Shown here: positions 58,308-64,000 of the stretch, one piece after another
Layout: every line of letters begins with the position of its first letter
Numbering within the stretch: position 1 is the first letter of the stretch
Assembly: GCA_965662235.1 (NCBI GenBank)
Contig: CBFIGY010000003.1
Span: 128,001 to 192,000 of the forward strand
From: an uncultured bacterium
GTDB taxonomy: Bacteria > SAR324 > NAC60-12
DNA length: 64,000 bases
Direction of reading: 5' to 3'
Translations under genes and position numbers: made by a program
The notes under the pieces: generated by a model
The model's input: only the letters and a program-made list of their open reading frames with translations
Databases searched by the model: none
What the model was told of the DNA's origin: nothing

Positions 58308-59342
58308 TCAGGAATGGCGGGTGATCCGATGCGGTAAGGGAAAGGAGGAAATCGGCTGATCCGGATGCGTCGCCAACGTGAGGCTCGGAAGCGACTCGGC
58401 GACCGCGAGGCGGACCCAGGCAATTCCTCGGTGAAAGCCCCCATCGTCCACCTCAGAGAGGCTCCGGATTTCGCCGCAGGCCTCTCCTTCATGAAGCAAG
58501 GGGGTGGGGAGTTCTGGGCGAAGGGTCAACGGAAGCTTCACACCAGAAAGCTGCCAGTTCGGACGCCCCCGGTGATACATGCGGGCGTTCGGTTCCTGGC
58601 CAATGTAACATCCTTTGGTATACGAAATGTGTTCTCCTAGGCTGGCTTCCTGAGCAAACTGCCCGGCGCTATACTCAACCCCAAAGCGGGGGAGGCCTTC
58701 GTGAATGCGTACCTGCTCCCAGGCTTCTTCTCCGACCCACTGGGCCTGCGGATGCGCCTGCAGCGCCTCAAGGAAGGCCAGCCCGGACTCCAGCGGCACC
58801 ACCGCCACCCGGAGTGGCCGCGAGCCCCAGGTTCCCGAAAACCAGGTCGCTGTGCCGTCAAGGGCGTGTGCCACTTCTGGAGCCTGTGGTCCCACTAGGT
58901 CCACGCGAAAGTGGGTCTTCGATTTCAAGGAGAAGGTCACGTCTTCACGGATGTGGAACTGGTCCAAGAGGCGTCCGACGGCGACCCCTTCACCTGGCTC
59001 ACAGCTGACCCAGAACTCGTTTGCCGATGCCCGGAGCAGCTCGACCCGGTGCTGGATCTTTCCCTTTGTCTCACAGATGAGCGCCGGGAGCAGCGTCCCC
59101 ACCTCCTGAGCCACAGCGTCTTGGGTCACCAGCCCCTGCAGGTAGGTCGCCGTGTCGGGTCCGGTCACGCTCAGCAGCCACCGGGCCCTCTGGTCGAAGG
59201 CGCCGCACGTTTCTAACAAAGCATTGATTTCTTCCACGGAATTGCTACCGTAGCGCAGGATCACGCCGTTACTGTCGATTTCCCTGATCGTCGCACCCTG
59301 CCTCTGGTGCCAATCGTTGAGTTGTTCAAGTACCTGTTGCAT
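58308..59342 (-). CDS. ygfZ: YgfZ/GcvT-like folate-binding protein
   Basis: YLQGLVTQD and the KGCYIGQE signature. Confidence 0.88.
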   Translation of the reverse strand: MQQVLEQLNDWHQRQGATIREIDSNGVILRYGSNSVEEINALLETCGAFDQRARWLLSVTGPDTATYLQGLVTQDAVAQEVGTLLPALICETKGKIQHRVELLRASANEFWVSCEPGEGVAVGRLLDQFHIREDVTFSLKSKTHFRVDLVGPQAPEVAHALDGTATWFSGTWGSRPLRVAVVPLESGLAFLEALQAHPQAQWVGEEAWEQVRIHEGLPRFGVEYSAGQFAQEASLGEHISYTKGCYIGQEPNARMYHRGRPNWQLSGVKLPLTLRPELPTPLLHEGEACGEIRSLSEVDDGGFHRGIAWVRLAVAESLPSLTLATHPDQPISSFPLPHRITRHS

Positions 59343-59410
59343 CTCCTTCTCTTACCAATTCGAGTGCAAGTCTAGCAGAGGGTCTGCAAAAAACCAAAAA
59401 ACGAAACTGC

Positions 59411-60295
59411 ATGGCTAAAATTGTTTCAGGAAAAGAGATCAAGGAAAAGCTGCTCCTTGACCTGCAAGCGGACCTTGACCCCCTTCAGCGCCAGGGAATC
59501 CGTCCCACCCTTGCTCTGATCCAGGTCGGTGACCACGCGGAATCCACTCGCTTTGTGGCTACCAAGCGTCGACAGGCCGAAGCCTTGGGCCTGCAGGTGA
59601 TCGACCACACGCTTCCTGGCACCACCTCTCAGGAGCAGCTTGAGGGGCTGATTCAGGCGTTGGGAGCCGCTCCGGATGTGCATGGAATTCTCTGCCAGCT
59701 CCCGCTTCCACCGGGGTTGAATGCCGACCAGGCGTTGGCGCAGCTGCATCCGGGAAAAGACGTGGACGGCTTGCACCCTCTGAACGCCGGGCTTCTGGCT
59801 CAGGGGCGTCCTCGCTTCATTCCCTGCACCCCGCTGGGCGTCCTCCGGATTCTCGAACACCACCAGGTTCCTCTGTCAGGAGCCCGGGTCACCGTTGTGG
59901 GCAGAAGCCCTCTTGTCGGGCGCCCCATGGCGCACCTCATGACCCATCAGCAGGCGACCGTCACGCTCTGTCACTCGCAGACTCACAACCTGACCGACCA
60001 CACCCGTCAGGCGGACATTCTGATCACCGCCACCGGAGTCCCCAACCTGATCCGAGGAGATGCAGTCCAGCCTGGTGCCGTGGTCATTGACGTGGGCCTC
60101 ACTTCCCTCGACGATCCAGCACACCCCAAAGGCTACCGTTTGGCGGGCGATGTTGCTTTTGATGAAGTGGCCTCCGTTGCCTCGTTGCTGACTCCGGTTC
60201 CTGGAGGAGTGGGCCCCTTGACCGTCACAATGCTCCTAGAAAACACCGTCCGGGCTGCTCAGCAGCTGACCCGGTCGTCTCTCACCTCCATCTGA
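59411..60295 (+). CDS. folD: Methylene-THF dehydrogenase/cyclohydrolase
   Basis: HGILCQLPLP, KDVDG, PCTPLG, GRSPLVGRP, DVG and TPVPGGVGP motifs. Confidence 0.96.
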   Translation: MAKIVSGKEIKEKLLLDLQADLDPLQRQGIRPTLALIQVGDHAESTRFVATKRRQAEALGLQVIDHTLPGTTSQEQLEGLIQALGAAPDVHGILCQLPLPPGLNADQALAQLHPGKDVDGLHPLNAGLLAQGRPRFIPCTPLGVLRILEHHQVPLSGARVTVVGRSPLVGRPMAHLMTHQQATVTLCHSQTHNLTDHTRQADILITATGVPNLIRGDAVQPGAVVIDVGLTSLDDPAHPKGYRLAGDVAFDEVASVASLLTPVPGGVGPLTVTMLLENTVRAAQQLTRSSLTSI

Positions 60296-60298
60296 AAC

Positions 60299-61702
60299 AT
60301 GCCGATCCATTCTGTTTCTGCTCGCTTCTGGGAAATCGTCAACGTCTTTCTCCCCTCCAATTTCCCCCAGCTTTCCCGTGAACAGCAGCGGCGCATCCGG
60401 GTTCAGTTAGCCATGAGCCTGGGGCTGGCCTTTGTCTACCTAGGCACCAGCGCCATTCTGACGTTTCAGGCGCAGTACCCCACCATTGGAGCCATTTTTG
60501 CCGTTGCCTTCGCAGGGGTTTACTTTGCCAGCATACTCAGTGTCCGGATGACCCACTGGGGGCAGAAGCTCATAAGCTGGATGATGTTCCTCGTTCCTCT
60601 GATCACCTACTTCATGCACTCCTGGCGCATCGGCGGAGAGCCGATTCCGGAACGGATCATTACCTTTCCTCTGATGATGTCGCTGGCGTTGGGGATACGT
60701 TGGGGGGTGATGGCCATCGGGGCTGTGTCCAGCATTACTTATGGATTCCAGTTCTATGAAGCCACCTGGGGAGACATCCCGGTGACGCTGGTTCTCGAGG
60801 TTCGTGAAGGCGTTGAGCAACTTCCCCTCGTCTACATGGTCACAGTGGTGGTGATTGTCTGGTTCCTGGAACTGGAGCGGCAACACAACCAACAGCAGAT
60901 TCAACAGGAGCTGGAACGGCGCCAAGAGGCTGAGTTGCAGAAGCAACTGGCCGAGGCACGGCGGGAGGATGAGCTCAAGATGCTGGAACAGTCCAAGCTG
61001 GCCATGTTGGGAGAAACCTCTGCCAGCATCGCCCATGAGATCAACAACCCCCTCGCTTACCTAGTGGGAGTGATGGACCTCTGGGCCCTGCGCCTGAACC
61101 GGAAGCAGACGCTCGATCCACAAGAATTTCAGGAAAGCTTAAAGGAGGCGCAGCAGCAAGCAGAGCGCATCACGTCCATTGTTCAGCACCTCCGGAACTT
61201 CGGACGGTCGGATGCCGGAGGAATGCAGCACTACCGCATCAATGCTCCTCTGGATGGCGCCCTGCTCCTCCTACGCCACTCGCTGTCACGGGCCAACATC
61301 TCGCTAGAAGTCGAGATTGCTGAAAACCTGCCTGAACTGAAGGGCAACCCCGGACACCTGGAACAGGTGCTGCTGAATCTGCTGGGCAATGCGCGAGATG
61401 CGTTGGAAGAGCACGGCGGCGGGACAGTCCGGGTGACGGCTCAGGCGCTGGAATCGGACCCGACGCAACTGGAATTGCAGGTCACCGATGACGGACCCGG
61501 TATTCCGCAGGAGGTGCAGCAGCGCATCTTCACCGCCTTCTACACCACCAAACCAGCAGGCAAGGGCACCGGACTGGGGCTGTCGATTTGTCAAGGGATT
61601 GTGCAGAACCTCGGAGGCACCCTCAGCTGCCACTCTGAGGTTGGGAAGGGGACAGCGTTCCGCATTCAGGTTCCCCTTCAGCCTCCACCAGTTGAGGACT
61701 AG
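60299..61702 (+). CDS. Membrane sensor histidine kinase (NtrB-like core); no adjacent response regulator
   Basis: Multi-TM N-terminus; [23 protein letters not shown] and [13 protein letters not shown] motifs. Confidence 0.9.
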   Translation: MPIHSVSARFWEIVNVFLPSNFPQLSREQQRRIRVQLAMSLGLAFVYLGTSAILTFQAQYPTIGAIFAVAFAGVYFASILSVRMTHWGQKLISWMMFLVPLITYFMHSWRIGGEPIPERIITFPLMMSLALGIRWGVMAIGAVSSITYGFQFYEATWGDIPVTLVLEVREGVEQLPLVYMVTVVVIVWFLELERQHNQQQIQQELERRQEAELQKQLAEARREDELKMLEQSKLAMLGETSASIAHEINNPLAYLVGVMDLWALRLNRKQTLDPQEFQESLKEAQQQAERITSIVQHLRNFGRSDAGGMQHYRINAPLDGALLLLRHSLSRANISLEVEIAENLPELKGNPGHLEQVLLNLLGNARDALEEHGGGTVRVTAQALESDPTQLELQVTDDGPGIPQEVQQRIFTAFYTTKPAGKGTGLGLSICQGIVQNLGGTLSCHSEVGKGTAFRIQVPLQPPPVED

Positions 61703-62145
61703 AGGCGCTCCAGATACGAGGTGAAGTCAGGGACTTCCCGCATCAGGTCTTTGTGGAAGAGGTGCGAGCTGACGAGGAAGTCAGCCGTCACGCTGTTGCA
61801 GGCCAAGGGAATGTTCCAGACCGCTGCCAACCGGAGCAGGGCCTTGACGTCCGGATCGTGGGGCTGCGCCTCCAGCGGATCCCAAAAAAACACCACCATG
61901 TCAATTTTCCCCTCTGTGATCGCCGCACCAATCTGCTGATCGCCTCCCAGCGGGCCACTCTGGAAGCGGAACACCGGCAGGCTCAGCTCCTTCTCAATCA
62001 GCTTTCCAGTGGTCCCGGTGGCACACAGTTCGTGCTGCTCCAGCTGTGCCTTGTGCTGAGACACCCAGCTCAGCAGTTCCGGTTTCTTGGAGTCATGGGC
62101 AATCAGGGCAATGCGCTTGCGGGCGGGAAGTTGACGTTGGTGCAT
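61699..62145 (-). CDS. mgsA: Methylglyoxal synthase
   Basis: [27 protein letters not shown] and PHDPDVKAL motifs. Confidence 0.96.
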   Translation of the reverse strand: MHQRQLPARKRIALIAHDSKKPELLSWVSQHKAQLEQHELCATGTTGKLIEKELSLPVFRFQSGPLGGDQQIGAAITEGKIDMVVFFWDPLEAQPHDPDVKALLRLAAVWNIPLACNSVTADFLVSSHLFHKDLMREVPDFTSYLERL

Positions 62146-62160
62146 GAGAGCTCCCAAAAA

Positions 62161-63153
62161 CTAGTGAGTTTGCGAAGGGTCCGGCTCTTCCGGAACCCGG
62201 TAGTTCTGTCCATACAGGAAGTAGGGAATCCCGCCCAGCAGGTACACCCCCAACTGCACCACAATGAAGAGGTTGAACACATCCGCCCCGCCGTTGAGGC
62301 CCACCAGGTGGTAAAGCGACTCAAACGCCGCGTGCCCGACCCCCACTCCTCCTGGGGCAATCGGCAGAGCCACGGTGATGAGTCCAATGGGCATGATGAA
62401 GAACTGGGTTGCCAGGTCGAGGCCCCCAATGCTCAGCAGCTGCGCCGCCTGGAAGAAGAGCAGGGCAATCAGGCTGTGAATAGCAATGGCAATCAGCAGG
62501 GTCGCCAGCAGGGTCCGTTTGCGGTACTGGTAGCTCTTGAAGGCATGGTAAACCTTGAGCGTGAAGTCACTTCCGGGAAGGCGCTGCAGCAGGCGAATGA
62601 AGGGGTCCCGCCCCTCTCGAAACGGGAAAAGCGCGATGGCATAAAACAGCAGCGTCCCCCCAAACAGCCCTGTGATCAGCCACGCCAGGGAGTGCAGCGA
62701 CTGCCGTGCCAGGATCAGGTTGAGGTTCGCCACCAAGGCGCCAAACGCCATGAAGATCAGCCCAAAGAGTCCGACAAACCGATCAATCAGCAACGTCATG
62801 AAGGCCCGGGTTCGCCCCTCCTCCTGCTGTGAACGGATGATGTAGTAGCCCTTCACCACATCACCGGTCACGGCGCCCGGAAGCGTTGTGTTGAAGAAGT
62901 TGCCAATCCAGGTAAGCAAGAAGGTCCGCAACGGAGGCACCTCCAGCCCAATGGCCCGTAGCAGCAGCCACCAGCGCAGGGCCGTCATCGGAACCACCAT
63001 CAGCGCCAGCACTCCCAGCATCAGCAGCAGCACTCCCGGAGCCTCCTGAAAGAGCAACAGCCGCTCAAAGTTCAAGCGTCCGCTCTCCACCAGGTACGCC
63101 AGGATGGCGACCACAAAACCCAGCTTGAGGATGAGGGTGACAATCCGCTTCAT
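62161..63153 (-). CDS. UPF0104 / lysylphosphatidylglycerol-synthase TM-domain (flippase-like) protein
   Basis: ALRWWLLL, GNFFNTTLPGAVTGDVVK, DRFVGL and PIAPGGVGV motifs. Confidence 0.85.
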   Translation of the reverse strand: MKRIVTLILKLGFVVAILAYLVESGRLNFERLLLFQEAPGVLLLMLGVLALMVVPMTALRWWLLLRAIGLEVPPLRTFLLTWIGNFFNTTLPGAVTGDVVKGYYIIRSQQEEGRTRAFMTLLIDRFVGLFGLIFMAFGALVANLNLILARQSLHSLAWLITGLFGGTLLFYAIALFPFREGRDPFIRLLQRLPGSDFTLKVYHAFKSYQYRKRTLLATLLIAIAIHSLIALLFFQAAQLLSIGGLDLATQFFIMPIGLITVALPIAPGGVGVGHAAFESLYHLVGLNGGADVFNLFIVVQLGVYLLGGIPYFLYGQNYRVPEEPDPSQTH

Positions 63154-63175
63154 GAAAAATAAAGTCTCTTGGTGC

Positions 63176-63646
63176 TTAGAAATGAGTCCGGGCCTGCGCG
63201 GCCGCAACGAGCAAGTATCCGGCAATGAAGAGAAATGAAAAGCCGAAGCTTCCCACCCATGCGCCCAGCAGGGGCCAGACCGCTCCGCAACCAGCGCCTA
63301 CAAGCAGGTGGATGCCTTCCACCCAAAGGGTCTTCCGCGCAAAGGGTTGGCCGCAGTGCCGACACCGGAACCGTTGACGCCAGGCGCTCCACAGCGGAAG
63401 GTTTTCATGCCAGGCCAGCACCGTTCCGCAGCAGAAGCAAAAGGAGCGGGCCGGATTCCAAGGAGCAAGCCGACCGGCAGCCAACGCAGCCCGAAGCAAC
63501 TCCGGCGTGTCCGGATCCGCCAGCAGGCGGGCTTTTTCCTGCGGACGGAACCACTGCAGGCTCCAGCGTTCCGCCGTTGCCTGAGCAAAGCTGCCCAGCA
63601 CCGCTCCCAGCAGGGCGCCCAAGATGCCTCCGATCACCGTCAGCAC
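63176..63646 (-). CDS. Prepilin-peptidase (A24) N-terminal zinc-binding domain only
   Basis: GAVLGSF, RSFCFCCG..LAWHENLPLWS and RCRHCG; ends before any aspartic-peptidase domain. Confidence 0.7.
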   Translation of the reverse strand: MLTVIGGILGALLGAVLGSFAQATAERWSLQWFRPQEKARLLADPDTPELLRAALAAGRLAPWNPARSFCFCCGTVLAWHENLPLWSAWRQRFRCRHCGQPFARKTLWVEGIHLLVGAGCGAVWPLLGAWVGSFGFSFLFIAGYLLVAAAQARTHF

Positions 63647-63751
63647 AGGTGCCTCTGCAGATGCTCCGCAACCCTGCATCCCGCTATTGTGTTCCCGGGG
63701 AAGTGCGGTATGCTCGTTCGGTTACTGTAGACTCCAACGCAGGAAAGATTC

Positions 63752-64000
63752 ATGAACAAGATTGCCCGGGTCTTGCGCATCCTTGGTGAAGAAACCCGAC
63801 TCCGCATTCTGGTGCTGGTGTCCCGCACCCCCCTCAATGTGAGCGAACTGACCAGCATCTTGGGCATGGCGCAATCCGGAATTTCACGGCACCTCAGTCA
63901 CTTGAGAAAGATGGGCCTGCTGCAGGAACAGCGAGACGGGGTGTGGACCTATTATCAGCTCGCGCAGAAGGAGGCTCTAGATGACGACCTTGGGACCCTG
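63752..64000 (+). CDS. ArsR/SmtB family regulator (possibly SahR-like); runs off the window edge
   Basis: My translation, not in the ORF track: MNKIARVLRILGEETRLRILVLVSRTPLNVSELTSILGMAQSGISRHLSHLRKMGLLQEQRDGVWTYYQL. Confidence 0.85.
   Translation, partial: MNKIARVLRILGEETRLRILVLVSRTPLNVSELTSILGMAQSGISRHLSHLRKMGLLQEQRDGVWTYYQLAQKEALDDDLGTL

Overview
A 64-kb, gene-dense, GC-rich (about 60-62% by eye) bacterial chromosomal segment. The gene mix and protein styles suggest a marine SAR324-like deltaproteobacterium (inference). I see no rRNA, tRNA, CRISPR, prophage or IS. Housekeeping genes: moaB, rlmI, folB, metK, ptsH, aroE, galU, rfbD, ygfZ, folD, mgsA. Organic-solute catabolism: a glycerol ABC transporter (glpSTPQUV), a taurine module (xsc-tpa-ald with divergent iclR-ackA), an ectoine/hydroxyectoine cluster (ehuABCD-eutABC-doeA-doeB), and a five-gene deacetylase/SDR/D-amino-acid deaminase/CutC operon. 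The most unusual locus is a 9.7-kb, eight-gene, all-envelope operon at 27522-37272. It encodes two LPP20-like lipoproteins (one with a DUF4384-like domain), a PDZ-less trypsin protease, a second DUF4384-like protein, a small hairpin membrane protein, a membrane adenylate cyclase, an exported caspase fused to a QPD-type C-type lectin, and a double-LamG lipoprotein. A recurring [ST]-[RK]-G-hydrophobic motif runs through these proteins. Two window-wide DNA signatures also stand out: the palindrome TCCGGA is strongly iterated, and rare CTA leucine codons occur almost only in the C-CTA-G context, as expected from deamination of methylated CCWGG.
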